Of a stretch of 64,000 nt of DNA, positions 10,244 to 21,000 are shown in pieces. Every line of letters begins with the position of its first letter. The stretch's first letter is position 1. The translations under genes and the position numbers were made by a program. The notes below the pieces were generated by a model. It saw only the letters and a list, made by a program, of their open reading frames with translations. It made no database searches and was not told the DNA's origin. The stretch is from an uncultured Planctomycetota bacterium (lineage in GTDB: Bacteria > Planctomycetota > Planctomycetia > Isosphaerales > Isosphaeraceae), in contig CAWGMQ010000008.1 of assembly GCA_963823665.1 (NCBI GenBank), positions 288,001-352,000 of the forward strand, given 5' to 3'.

Positions 10244-10500
10244 AGACCCCACTCGTGCGGAAACTGGAGAGGGTTTTGACCAAACGCTTCCCTGCGCCAG
10301 CCACAGTAAAGCTCGAAGACCTCGACGGAATCATCGGCGTGATCACGTCCGCCAAATTTGCTCGGATGGACACCATCGACCGCCAGAACCTGATCGGCGA
10401 GATTCTAGCGATAGATCTGAACCCGGAAGAACGGAGGCGTGTGCAAGTCATCGTCGCTGTAACGCCGGAAGAAGGAACCGGCTACTTGGCCGGAGTGTGA
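10240..10500 (+). CDS. Small BolA-like hypothetical protein translationally coupled to the upstream gene
   Basis: GTGA overlap; IIGVITSAKFARMDTIDRQNLI...IVAVTPEE resembles the BolA S..F....RQ pattern. Confidence 0.5.
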   Translation: MKTPLVRKLERVLTKRFPAPATVKLEDLDGIIGVITSAKFARMDTIDRQNLIGEILAIDLNPEERRRVQVIVAVTPEEGTGYLAGV

Positions 10501-10525
10501 AGGCCCCCTCCCACCCGATCACGCG

Positions 10526-11206
10526 TCACCCCGCGCAGGAAGACGACACCTCTCCCATCGTCTTCTGCACCTTGTACGCCAGGTTCTCGAGCTGAACGCT
10601 CAGGTCCACAGGGACCAGACTCACGTGCGGGGGCACGGAGAGTGGAACCGGCGCGAAGTTCAGGATGCCGCCAATTCCGCTCGAAACGAGAAGATCGGCC
10701 ACACGCTGCGCCGCCTCCGTGGGAACGCACAAGAGCGCCAGCTTGATCTTGCGCATCGCGACAACCTTGCGCAGGGCATCAATCGGCTCGACGACGAGAC
10801 CATCATGCTTCTGGCCGATCTTGCTCGGGTCGTTGTCGAAGAGAGCCACGACGTGGAACCCGCGTGTTCTGAATCCGCGGTAGCGCAACAGCGCGCGGCC
10901 CAGATTTCCCAGACCGACCAGCGCCAGCGGCCAGTCGTGGTCGATGCCGAGAATGTGCCGGAGCGTACCGATCAGCTCTTCGATCGAGTACCCAACACCC
11001 GGATGCCCGAACTGGCCGAAAAAAGCGAGATCCTTCCGAACCTGGGCGTTCTTGATCGAGAGCGGCTCACCGAGCTGGCTGCTGGAGATCGTCTTGTGAC
11101 CCTGCCGCTGATAAGCTTCGAGCTGCCGCAAGTAGAGGCTCACCCGGCCGACAACGGCCTTGGGCGCCATCTTTACTCCCGTAGGCTCGCGCTCGGGGTC
11201 GCTCAC
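10526..11206 (-). CDS. rex: Redox-sensing transcriptional repressor Rex
   Basis: RVSLYLRQL, ISSSQL, QVRKDLAFFGQFGHPGVGY, VGLGNLGRAL, ILNFAP. Confidence 0.95.
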   Translation of the reverse strand: MSDPEREPTGVKMAPKAVVGRVSLYLRQLEAYQRQGHKTISSSQLGEPLSIKNAQVRKDLAFFGQFGHPGVGYSIEELIGTLRHILGIDHDWPLALVGLGNLGRALLRYRGFRTRGFHVVALFDNDPSKIGQKHDGLVVEPIDALRKVVAMRKIKLALLCVPTEAAQRVADLLVSSGIGGILNFAPVPLSVPPHVSLVPVDLSVQLENLAYKVQKTMGEVSSSCAG

Positions 11207-11295
11207 CTGAGAGCCTCCAAGGCGGAGTCGTGGGTGGCACTACAAGGTACACCCAACCAGACCCGATTTCCGAAGTGCATGCACCTTTATGAGAG

Positions 11296-11325
11296 ACTTT
11301 AACGCCCCGCCGATCGGGTGGTCAA
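11296..11325 (-). promoter_or_regulatory. Putative sigma70 promoter of rex
   Basis: Minus strand TTGACC-N18-TAAAGT in the ribD-rex gap. Confidence 0.4.
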
Positions 11326-11327
11326 GG

Positions 11328-12473
11328 TCACTCAACCCCCTGGAAAACCGGCAAGCTGCGCCAGAGTCGGGTCATCCACCCGCGCATCCGCAAATCGCCG
11401 CCAACCTGCGTGATCGTAACCTCTTTCAGCCGCAGCGCGTCGCTCATGGCCTCGCACCCCACGCCACGGATTGGCGTATTCGGATGATCACCGCCCTCGA
11501 CGATGGGCGCGATGAAGACGTCGACGGCGTCGACCTGTTGCGCATCGAAGAACGAGCCCAGCACATGCCCGCCCCCTTCAACCAGCACATTGGTCATCGC
11601 GCGCCTGGAAAGCTCTTCGAGCAAAGCGACGATCGGAATGCGCGACGAGTCTGGAAACGAAACGACTTCACAGCCGTGTTCCCGAAGCGTCGCGCATCGA
11701 ACCGGGTCGGCCGAGCTTGCGACTGCGACCAGAACCGGGCACTCGGCGGCTGTCTGAACCAGGCGGGATGAGACCGGTAACTGGGCCTGGCTATCGAGGA
11801 TAACGCGAGTCGCCGACCGCGGGCCGGGAGGCCGGGCGGTCAAGAGCGGGTCATCCGCGAGGACCGTGCCGATTCCCGCCACGATGGCGTCCACCTTGCC
11901 GCGCACCTGGTGCACCAGTTGCCTCGATGACTCGGACGAGATCCATCGGCTGTCACCGGTCTTGACCGCGGTCTTGCCGTCCAGGGTCATGGCCCATTTC
12001 GCGGTAACGTAGGGGAGGCCCGTCGTCACGCGCTTCAAGTACGGGGCGTTCAGGCTTCGGGCGGCTTGCTCCTGGCAGCCTGATTCAACCGCGACTCCGG
12101 CGGCCCGGAGAAGGTCGAAGCCTCCTCCGTTCACCTGGTGAAACGGATCGCGAATCGCCGCGACAACCCGCCCGATTCCCGCCGCAAGTATTGCCGAGGT
12201 GCACGGGGGGGTTTTGCCGTGGTGGCAGCACGGCTCGAGCGTGACGTAGAGCGTGGCCCCCTTTGCTTCGCCTCCCGCTTGCTCCAGCACGACGATTTCC
12301 GCATGCGGCCCACCAAACCGCTGGTGGTGACCGGTTGCGAGCAAGCGCTCGTCCTTCATCAGGACCGCGCCCACGAGCGGATTGGGCTCGACGCGGCCTC
12401 TCCCGCGCTCGGCCTGCTCGAGCGCACACTTCATCCAGGGAATATCTGCCTCTTCGGAAACCGTCGGCGCCAC
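11328..12473 (-). CDS. ribD: Riboflavin biosynthesis deaminase/reductase
   Basis: PNPLVGAV, HAE, TLEPCCHHGKTPPC, KWAMTLDGK, TVLADDPLLTAR, VEGGG. Confidence 0.96.
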   Translation of the reverse strand: MAPTVSEEADIPWMKCALEQAERGRGRVEPNPLVGAVLMKDERLLATGHHQRFGGPHAEIVVLEQAGGEAKGATLYVTLEPCCHHGKTPPCTSAILAAGIGRVVAAIRDPFHQVNGGGFDLLRAAGVAVESGCQEQAARSLNAPYLKRVTTGLPYVTAKWAMTLDGKTAVKTGDSRWISSESSRQLVHQVRGKVDAIVAGIGTVLADDPLLTARPPGPRSATRVILDSQAQLPVSSRLVQTAAECPVLVAVASSADPVRCATLREHGCEVVSFPDSSRIPIVALLEELSRRAMTNVLVEGGGHVLGSFFDAQQVDAVDVFIAPIVEGGDHPNTPIRGVGCEAMSDALRLKEVTITQVGGDLRMRGWMTRLWRSLPVFQGVE

Positions 12474-12488
12474 GAGGGCCCCCTCGAT

Positions 12489-13520
12489 TCACAAGGGATT
12501 AGGGCGGCCGCGGGACGCCGGTGCGCGACCGGGAGCAGTCGGCCCTCCGGCCGCAGGCGGCGCCGACGCTGGCGCGGAGGCACGCTTCTGCGCCGACTTG
12601 ATTTCGGCCGGGTGCGGAAAGACAAGCCGGTAAACAACCGTCAGCCGGCGCTGCGCCTCTTCGGGCGGATGCGGGTCAAGCGCCGACTGCAACCATGGTG
12701 GAAACGCTGCCAGGAAGTCCGAGAGCCGTTCGGGTGTCGCACTTTTCGGCTGATGTTCACTAAAGTAATAGTTGATTGCCTGGCGGCGTAAGATATCGCG
12801 AGCCAGCTCAGCCCCGATTCCTTCTTTTTTCTTGCGCAGCTCGGCGGGCAGCAGCATCGGACGGTTGGCACGCGCGAATTCTTCAAACCGCTGGATGGCG
12901 CCGGCCTCATCAAAACCGGAAATCGTGACCTCGTGAGGAATGCTCTGGGTTTCCGCCAGCTTGTAGATCGCTTCGTGCCGCTTCGGGATTGCCGGCATAC
13001 GCTCGATCTCACGGCGCTGCGCCTGGGAGAGGCCCTGCCAGATCGTGTAGAGCGACGCCAGCTCGATCGGCGAATACTCTCCCAGATCAACTCGCCTCAA
13101 GAAGCGCGAAGTCGCCGGCTTCGAGAGTGGATAATCACGGATCAGCTTCTTCACCGCGGCAATGCGATCCGCAGGCTCGAGCGCACTCAACTCCTCCTGC
13201 TTGTTTTCGGGGAGCTGATTGAGCCAGTTGTGATAGCGATTCAGCACGTCGAGATACCCGGCGCGAGTCTCGCCCGGAAGTTCGTTGATCCGGCGATCAA
13301 GCTCTCGCAAAGACTGTTGTTGCCCTTGAGTATAGAGCAAATCGAACTTCTTCACATTCTCAGCCAGCTTCGCCCGGCGAGCATCGGGTAGAGTACGGAG
13401 CCGCGCCCAGTTGGCTTCGGAATCGAAGGCTACGGCAGCCAGCAGCATCACCGCCGCCGAAATGACCGGCAAACACACTTTCCGGATCGAGCGATGGTTG
13501 ACGGATTCAGTCATGGACAC
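12489..13520 (-). CDS. Exported helical hypothetical protein (DUF3106-like)
   Basis: Hydrophobic leader; repeated W/F..L....R helical segments; follows the anti-sigma-like gene. Confidence 0.6.
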   Translation of the reverse strand: MSMTESVNHRSIRKVCLPVISAAVMLLAAVAFDSEANWARLRTLPDARRAKLAENVKKFDLLYTQGQQQSLRELDRRINELPGETRAGYLDVLNRYHNWLNQLPENKQEELSALEPADRIAAVKKLIRDYPLSKPATSRFLRRVDLGEYSPIELASLYTIWQGLSQAQRREIERMPAIPKRHEAIYKLAETQSIPHEVTISGFDEAGAIQRFEEFARANRPMLLPAELRKKKEGIGAELARDILRRQAINYYFSEHQPKSATPERLSDFLAAFPPWLQSALDPHPPEEAQRRLTVVYRLVFPHPAEIKSAQKRASAPASAPPAAGGPTAPGRAPASRGRPNPL

Positions 13521-13626
13521 GTCAGTAGTGCGGCTTTCGTGATCGCGTCAAATCGCGAATCGGATGTCGGAGAGGCTCCCGCACGCGCAGGGAACCAATC
13601 GCACTTCGCCCGCAACCGCTCAAACG

Positions 13627-14178
13627 TTAGCGGGCAACGGACCCGAACTCGTTCGAGTCAACCAGATTCTTCAGAAACTCGAACGAGCCGACCTCTAGAT
13701 ATTCGTCGAGGTGTTCCGCCAGCGTCAAGTCTTCTACCAACCGCCTGGTTGGATCGGGCCAGGCCACTCGGGTGAGCGCAAACCCGGCGCCCAGTGAGAT
13801 CGTACCCAGCAGAAGGTAAACCATGACCCGGGCCAGCCGCGCCGACCAGACGGCAACCGCCGGCTCCCAGGCATGCTCTTTCATCTCGAGCCGGCGAATG
13901 TGCGAGATCGTCTTTTCCGAAAACTGCTCGGGTGCCTGCGGCCGCGGCAAGTGATCCAGCAACTCCCACGTCTTCTGAAGCATCTCGACTTCACGGCGCG
14001 CCGTCGCGCTGTGCGTCAGCTTGGTCGCCATCAACCTCGAATGACCTTCCGGCAACTCACCATCAACATAAGCGACCAGGTCGGCCCGCTCATCCGGCGT
14101 GAGACGCAATTGTTCAGGGCGATTGGCCACGCCGTCAGCCTCGGTGAAATCGTCAATCGTTGCGGTCGTGCGCTCCAC
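13627..14178 (-). CDS. Anti-sigma-factor-like membrane protein
   Basis: DLVAYVDGEL...ARREVEMLQKTWELLDHLPRP plus one TM helix. Confidence 0.65.
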   Translation of the reverse strand: MERTTATIDDFTEADGVANRPEQLRLTPDERADLVAYVDGELPEGHSRLMATKLTHSATARREVEMLQKTWELLDHLPRPQAPEQFSEKTISHIRRLEMKEHAWEPAVAVWSARLARVMVYLLLGTISLGAGFALTRVAWPDPTRRLVEDLTLAEHLDEYLEVGSFEFLKNLVDSNEFGSVAR

Positions 14179-14262
14179 CGGGGAAAGCCAGGCGACGGAC
14201 CGAACCTTCAGCGGCGGATGATCAATGCCCGATTAGCAGCAAACGGTCGGCTTGAATCATGG

Positions 14263-14859
14263 TCACATCATGCCGCCCATGCCGCCCATGCCACCGCCCA
14301 TGCCGCCCATGCCGCCCATGCCACCACCGAACCCACCGCCGCCACCACCGCCGCGACCCAGGGCGCGGGGAGTGCCGAGCGCACGACTGGTCCGCCCAGT
14401 GACGTTGGAATTTGGTGCGCGGCCCGATCGCAAACCCGGAAAGAACGAAGCTGCGCGGCCGTAATAGAGTGACGGTCCACTGCCATCAAGATTCGACGGG
14501 TCTTGGGCGAACCGAAAAGGTCGAGCGAGGCGTTCTTGATTCTGGCCGGAGTAGGGATGCAGCGGGTCGAAGCTCTGGTCCTCGCGGGCGGAAATGGGGT
14601 TGTACAATCCGCGTTTGTCCATCTGGGAGTAGTACTGTCGCTGTGCAACCGCCTGATTCAGCGTGTCAATCGGGCGGGGTCGCATTGATTGCAACTGCTG
14701 GTTAGGCAGATAAAACGCGTAGTAAAACGTAAACGGGTCGCTCGTGATATCGCCGCCTCCGAGGCCGAGCCCCTGCGCCTGTACACGAGACGCAGGCGAC
14801 AGCAGTGCGCCGCTTGCCACGATCAAACCCACCATCACACGCAGTAGATGCCGGAACAT
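14263..14859 (-). CDS. Exported hypothetical protein with Gly/Met-rich tail
   Basis: GAGGAGG RBS, signal peptide ending VQA, C-terminal GGGMGGMGGMGGGMGGMGGMM. Confidence 0.7.
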   Translation of the reverse strand: MFRHLLRVMVGLIVASGALLSPASRVQAQGLGLGGGDITSDPFTFYYAFYLPNQQLQSMRPRPIDTLNQAVAQRQYYSQMDKRGLYNPISAREDQSFDPLHPYSGQNQERLARPFRFAQDPSNLDGSGPSLYYGRAASFFPGLRSGRAPNSNVTGRTSRALGTPRALGRGGGGGGGFGGGMGGMGGMGGGMGGMGGMM

Positions 14860-15042
14860 GATAGCGACCCTCCTCGGTTCGGCTGTGGAGGCTCAGACCC
14901 TTTGCGTGATTTCGGATCGCGGGGCCTGCGGACGCGAGCGGAAGTCGAGCCTGCTTTCCTCCACCCGCCGAATTTACTATCATAATCGAGACAAGCGGAC
15001 GTTCAAGACGCAACTCGTCAAAAGCCGAGGAGTCAGACGAGG

Positions 15043-15417
15043 ATGTTGAGCTGGGCAAGGCCGCTGCTGGATTCGTGTATCGCGTTCGCTGAGCTTCCGT
15101 CCCGCGAATCGTTGCGCACGAAGTACATTCCGCTGGCACTGCTCACGGTGTTGCTTGCGGCCTTGCTCTGGAAGGCTGTGCGAGTGTGGAGCGAGATTCA
15201 CGACGTGGAAGAACCCGATTCGCCGACCGATCTGCTCGCTTCATTCGAGCAAGCTCACGCCACAGGCGAGCTGGACGACGCCGAGTTTGCTCGTGTACGT
15301 GCGCAATTCGGCGGCCCCGCCAGGTCCGCCCTGCCACCGGCAGACGATGCCGCTGCCCGCCTGACGGTTTCCCTCGAGGGCAGCCATCCGCAGTTGCCGG
15401 CCCCGTCGCAGGAATGA
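15043..15417 (+). CDS. Small membrane hypothetical protein (SHOCT-like)
   Basis: One TM helix followed by AHATGELDDAEFARVR. Confidence 0.55.
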   Translation: MLSWARPLLDSCIAFAELPSRESLRTKYIPLALLTVLLAALLWKAVRVWSEIHDVEEPDSPTDLLASFEQAHATGELDDAEFARVRAQFGGPARSALPPADDAAARLTVSLEGSHPQLPAPSQE

Positions 15418-15479
15418 TCTTCTGATGAGGCTGCAAGCCAATCACCCCGGCTCGGGACTGCTTGGAGGAGCCAGACCGT

Positions 15480-16301
15480 TCACATCGAGATATTCGCGCG
15501 TTCCCAGGAGCGCATCGGGTTGATGCCGGTCTTCGACTCGCGGATGAAGGCGAGGAACTCAGCGACCTCGCAGACGGCGCCCAACGTCGACTCGATCTCT
15601 TCGAGAGCCGCGTTCTGCGCCATTCCCTCGCGATAGAGCAGCCGGAATGCCCGCCGCATTCCGTCGATCGCGGATGCAGAGAGACCCGCACGGCGCATCC
15701 CGATCAAATTCAACCCCGTGACGCAGTTCTGTCCCTGCTGGAGAATGAAAGGGGGGATGTCCTTCGTGCTCGAGCCCATGCCGCCGAGCATGGCAAGCCG
15801 TCCGACCCGCACGCGTTGTTGAATCGCCGTCTGACTCGAGATGACGCAGCCGTCGTGAAGGATCACGTGCCCGCCGATCTGGGCGTTGTTCACCACCGTG
15901 CAGTCATTACCAACCTGCACGTCGTGCCCGAGGTGACAGCCGATCATGAACATGTTGCGGTCGCCGATGCATGTGCATCCGCGGCCGTCCGGAGTTCCAC
16001 GGTGAATCGTGACGTATTCCCGAAAAACGTTCCGGTCGCCGATTCGCACCGATGTCATCTCGCCCCGGTAAGCTCGGTGCTGCGGGCTCTTGCCGAGAAT
16101 CGCCCCATGCGCGACGAAGTTCTCAGCCCCCATCGTGAGCGGGCCGGTCAGGCTGGCGTGGGCTTCGATGATGCATTCCGGCCCGATCTCGACCGCGCCC
16201 TCAATGATCGCATAAGGTCCGACCTGGACGTCGGGCGCCAGCGTCGCTTCGGGGTCGATGACGGCAGTCGGGTGGATCAATTCCGAAGCGGCGAGCGTCA
16301 T
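15480..16301 (-). CDS. lpxA: Acyl-ACP--UDP-N-acetylglucosamine O-acyltransferase
   Basis: IHPTAVIDP, hexapeptide repeats, REYVTIHRGT, HLGHD, GGHV, KDIPPF, GLNLIGMRR. Confidence 0.9.
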   Translation of the reverse strand: MTLAASELIHPTAVIDPEATLAPDVQVGPYAIIEGAVEIGPECIIEAHASLTGPLTMGAENFVAHGAILGKSPQHRAYRGEMTSVRIGDRNVFREYVTIHRGTPDGRGCTCIGDRNMFMIGCHLGHDVQVGNDCTVVNNAQIGGHVILHDGCVISSQTAIQQRVRVGRLAMLGGMGSSTKDIPPFILQQGQNCVTGLNLIGMRRAGLSASAIDGMRRAFRLLYREGMAQNAALEEIESTLGAVCEVAEFLAFIRESKTGINPMRSWERANISM

Positions 16302-16456
16302 CTGCAAACTCCTTCTGCCCCGCCAGATGAAATGGACCTCCAGTCCTCTCATGGTGATCGGATAACGACCTCACAAGATTTAAGAAATCACTTTCGACGA
16401 ATTCGTCCATTCCAAAAACCGTTCGGCGACCGGAATGCGCACGTGATTGCAATCAC

Positions 16457-17503
16457 TCAAGCAATCTCGATTGGTCGCTTGGATTGGACGCTCGCGATCT
16501 CTGCCAGGCAAAGTTTCAGCGCCTGTCGCGCGAGACCTCCCGAGAGCTGGTCGGCTTCTGTCGTGGTTGCGACCGCCCCAGCGGCGACGGAGAGCTCGCG
16601 CGCGAATGAGTCGATTGGATCGCCGCTTCCGAGGCTGGGGTGCTCGACCGAGCCATCGGGCAGGATCACGGACAGGGGCATCGCGAGGTGGCCTTCCCCG
16701 GCCAGGTTGGCGAATTCAAATGCGAGGGTAGCACGCTCGAGATAGAACTCGAACCCGTGGGCGAACGGCCGGCCAGGCTGGCTGAGCGCGCCCGAGGTGC
16801 AAGAGACGGTGAGGTCCGACCCGTCGTAGAGATACTGTGTGGTCAAGTGAACGACGGCGCCTTCCTGGACGATTCCCCTTGAATGAACGGCGCGGGGCGT
16901 GCCGCAGGCGAGCGCGACAAAGTGCGTGTCGTGGATATGCAGATCGACGGCCGGCCCGCCGCTGCGGCCGGCGTCGGCGATGCCGCTGGACCAGTCCGGC
17001 TTCGAGATCACGCGGTACAGGTGCGCGGCCTGAACCGCTCCGTAGCGGCCGGATCGAACGGCATCGAGGGCAAAGGCAAATTCGGGGAAGAAGGGGAGCA
17101 CATGCCCGACCATGAGCAGCTTTCCGGCCGACCTGGCGGCTTGCACCATCTCGTCCGCGGCACTGGTCGACAAGGCGATCGGCTTTTCGACCAGCACGTG
17201 CTTGCCGGCCCGCAGTGCCTGAATGGCCATCGGCGCATGCGAATCATTAGGAACGCACAGATCGACGAGGTCGACCGCGGGATCAGCCAGGAGCGCCTCG
17301 AAATCCCGGTAGCAGCTCAACCCCGAGAGGTCCATCTGGGTGCCGCGCGGCCCAAAATTGCCCTGAATGCTCGTCCAATCTCCAGCCAGCTTCTTCGCGT
17401 CACGGCTACACAAGGCGACGATCTTCAATCCGCTCGCACGCTGCGCGGCGAGGTAGTGGATCATGCCCATGAAGCCAACGCCGACGATTCCAACCCTTAC
17501 CAT
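16457..17503 (-). CDS. Gfo/Idh/MocA-family oxidoreductase
   Basis: VGIVGVGFMG, GKHVLVEKP, DLHIHD. Confidence 0.9.
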   Translation of the reverse strand: MVRVGIVGVGFMGMIHYLAAQRASGLKIVALCSRDAKKLAGDWTSIQGNFGPRGTQMDLSGLSCYRDFEALLADPAVDLVDLCVPNDSHAPMAIQALRAGKHVLVEKPIALSTSAADEMVQAARSAGKLLMVGHVLPFFPEFAFALDAVRSGRYGAVQAAHLYRVISKPDWSSGIADAGRSGGPAVDLHIHDTHFVALACGTPRAVHSRGIVQEGAVVHLTTQYLYDGSDLTVSCTSGALSQPGRPFAHGFEFYLERATLAFEFANLAGEGHLAMPLSVILPDGSVEHPSLGSGDPIDSFARELSVAAGAVATTTEADQLSGGLARQALKLCLAEIASVQSKRPIEIA

Positions 17504-17959
17504 GGCCGTAAATCCTTATCTAAATTTTCGTTTGCGGGATTTCATGGCTTTCATGATTTGTATTGTGTCGGATCACCCGGCGCTCGAGATCATAATCGAC
17601 CGCTCACCCTTGCTCAAACACTCGACCGGGAACCTTCGAGCGAACCGTGCCGGGAGGACATCCAAAAGATTCTTGGTCAAGCCGAGTCAGATCCACCGGG
17701 CAATACCGGTACATCCTCCATCGATCGGATTGAAGGTGTGTGTGTAGTCCCCCCAGGAGATGTCACCGCCAAGAGATTCGTTTCTCGGTGATTTTCGGAT
17801 CACGGTCGAGCGGATTAAGACGATCCAGCGTTCCGGCCGCTTAAGGTTCGTGCCGGACGGTCTGTTTCCGTTGGTCATCGTCGATGATCGGCGCGACTCT
17901 GTGCGCAGAAAAGGTGCTGAGAGCAGAGAGGCTCACCCTCTAATTCGAATGGAGCAGCC

Positions 17960-18085
17960 ATGCCACGCCGATGGGTGAAGATACTGTTCGCGCGGAATCG
18001 GCAGAGAACGCGAAAACGATTCTTGCCGTCGGACCGGCGCCGCTTGCTTGGGCTTGAGGTGCTGGAAGAAAAATAGCGCCCGCCA
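17960..18085 (+). other. LEPR-XLL-type N-terminal leader of the giant protein
   Basis: Arg-rich MPRRWVKILFARNRQRTRKRFLPSDRRRLLGLEVLEE(K/R)IAPA. Confidence 0.8.
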
Positions 18086-21000
18086 CTGTCACCTGGAACA
18101 ATCTCGCCGGTGGCGACTGGGACACTGCCGCCAACTGGACGGACAACCTGGGCACCCATCGGTTGCCTGGCGCCAGCGACGACGTCGTCATCGGCAGCCT
18201 GAACACCGGCGCCTCCGTCACACATGCGAGCAACGTTTCCGATTCCGTCAACAGCGTCACCGCGACCGCTCCGATCAGCCTCTCGAAAGGCACGCTGACC
18301 GTCGCGGGCAACTTCAGCGACAGCAGTACGGTAACGCTTGCCGGTGCGACTCTGGCAACCGCGACGGTCGCCGCGGGGACAGTCCTCAACAACACCGCCT
18401 CGAGCACCTTGCAGGATGTCATTCTAGAGAACTCGAGTGTCAATGTGACGTCGGGCAAACTGAGTTTGACTGGCGGCGGCAGCAGCACCGGCGGCAGCTT
18501 CAGCATCAGTTCCGGAGCCACGCTCGGATTCGATAGCGCCTATTCGCTCAACAGCACGTCCAGCGTTACCGGCGCCGGCACCAGCGAGTTCGGCTCCGGG
18601 GCCGTCAACTTCCAGACCAATCAGGCCGCCTACAACGTCACAGGTGCACTGACGGTGGACGGCGGCACGGTCACCTTCGGCAGCGGAGACAAGGTCGGCG
18701 GCACCGTGAGCGTATCGGGCGGTACGGCCGGTTTGAGCGCCGGCAGCGCGGCGACCTCCGTAGGAACAGTGAATGTCAGTGGCAGTGGCACGCTCAACTT
18801 CAGCACGGGATCGAGCGTCGCCGTCACCACGCTGAGCCTGACGGGCGGCACTCTGACCGGCACGGACGCCATCACGGTCAGCGGCGTGACCACCTGGTCG
18901 AGCCAGAGTACCCTGAGCGGCGCGGGCACGCTCATCGCTCAAGGGGGGCTGAACATCAGCGCGCCGGGCGGGACTGGCTTCGCCACGCTCAACACCCGCA
19001 CTCTGGAGAACTTCGGCACAGCCACCTTCACCGGCAGCGGTTTCTTTCAGATGCAGAGCGCCACCATCATCAACGAACCGGGGGCGACCTGGAACCTGGA
19101 GACCGAAGGTCTCTCCGTGAGCAGTGGCAGCGATACCTTCAATAACGAGGGCACGCTCAACAGCACCGGCTCGAGCGCGATCAATGTGACGTTCACCAAC
19201 AGCGGCAGCGTCGCGGTCAATTCCGCCACCCTCACCCTGGGCAGTGGCGGCAGCAGTAGCGGCGGCAGTTTCACCGTCCCTGCCACCACCACCCTCGACT
19301 TCGACAGCAGTTACGCCCTCAACGGCACCACCCAGGTCAGCGGCCTGGGCAGCGTGACGCTGGCCGCCGGCACCCTCACCCTGGCCAGCGGAGTCACCTT
19401 CGACGTCACCGGCGGCCTGACCGGCACCGGCGGGTCGGCCACGTTCGGCTCGGGAGATACTTTCGGGCCCAGCATCGTTCAAAAGGGTAGCGGCACCATC
19501 GTCTTCGGTGCCGGTACCAGCTTGCCCACACTCGGCACCCTGTCCGTCAGCAATGGCACGCTGAACTTCAGCACCGGTTCGAGCGTCACGATCACCACGC
19601 TGAACCTGACCGGTGGCACTCTGACCGGCACCGACACCATCACGGTCAGCGGCGTGACGACGTGGTCGAGCCAGGGTACCCTGAGCGGCGCAAGCACGCT
19701 CATTGCTCAAGGGGGGCTGAACATCAGCGCGCCGGGCGGGACTGGCTTCGCCACGCTCAACACCCGCACTCTGGAGAACTTCGGCACAGCCACCTTCACC
19801 GGCACCGGTTTCTTTCAGATGCAGAGCGCCACCATCATCAACGAACCGGGGGCGACCTGGAACCTGGAGACCGAAGGTTTCTCGGTGAGCAGCGGCAGCG
19901 ATACCTTCAATAACGAGGGCACGCTCAACACCACCGGCTCGAGCGCGATCAATGTGACGTTCACCAACAGCGGCACCGTCGCGGTCAATTCCGCCACCCT
20001 CACCCTGGGCAGTGGCGGCAGCAGTAGCGGCGGCAGTTTCACCGTCCCTGCCACCACCACCCTCGACTTCGACAGCAGTTACGCCCTCAACGGCACCACC
20101 CAGGTCAGCGGCCTGGGCAGCGTGACGCTGGCCGCCGGCACCCTCACCCTGGCCAGCGGAGTCACCTTCGACGTCACCGGCGGCCTGACCGGCACCGGCG
20201 GGTCGGCCACGTTCGGCTCGGGAGATACCTTCGGGCCCAGCATCGTTCAAAAGGGTAGCGGCACCATCGTCTTCGGTGCCGGTACCACCCTGCCCACACT
20301 CGGCACCTTGTCCGTCAGCAATGGCACGCTGAACTTCAGCACCGGTTCGAGCGTCACGATCACCACGCTGAGCCTGACCGGCGGCACTCTGACCGGCACG
20401 GACACCATCACGGTCAGCGGCGTGACCACCTGGTCGAGCCAGAGTACCCTCAGCGGCGCGGGCACGCTCATCGCTCAAGGGGGACTGAACATCAGCGCGC
20501 CGGGCGGGACTGGCTTCGCCACGCTCAACACTCGCACTCTGGAGAACTTCGGCACAGCCACCTTCACCGGCACCGGTTTCTTTCAGATGCAGAACGCCAC
20601 CATCATCAACGAACCGGGGGCGACCTGGAACCTGGAGACCGAAGGTTTCTCGGTGAGCAGCGGCAGCGATACCTTCAATAACGAGGGCACGCTCAACACC
20701 ACCGGCTCGAGCGCGATCAATGTGACGTTCACCAACAGCGGCACCGTCGCGGTCAATTCCGCCACCCTCACCTTGGGCAGTGGCGGCAGCAGTAGCGGCG
20801 GCAGTTTCACCGTCCCTGCTACCACCACCCTCGACTTCGACAGTGGTTACGCCCTCAACGGCACCACCCAGGTCAGCGGCCTGGGCAGCGTCACACTGGC
20901 CGCCGGCACCCTCACCCTGGCCAGCGGCGTCACCTACGACGTCACCGGCGGCCTGACCGGCAGCGGCGGGTCTGCTACGTTCGGGTCCGGAGATACGTTC

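Noticed and set aside
11206..11330. Rex operator upstream of rex
   Set aside because: No TTGTGAA-N4-TTCACAA-like palindrome visible.
14268..14350. GCCGCCCAT microsatellite-like repeat
   Set aside because: Encodes the GGM low-complexity tail; no sign of a contingency locus.
17504..17959. Riboswitch or ncRNA upstream of the giant gene
   Set aside because: No recognisable consensus by eye; an Rfam/Infernal scan would be needed.
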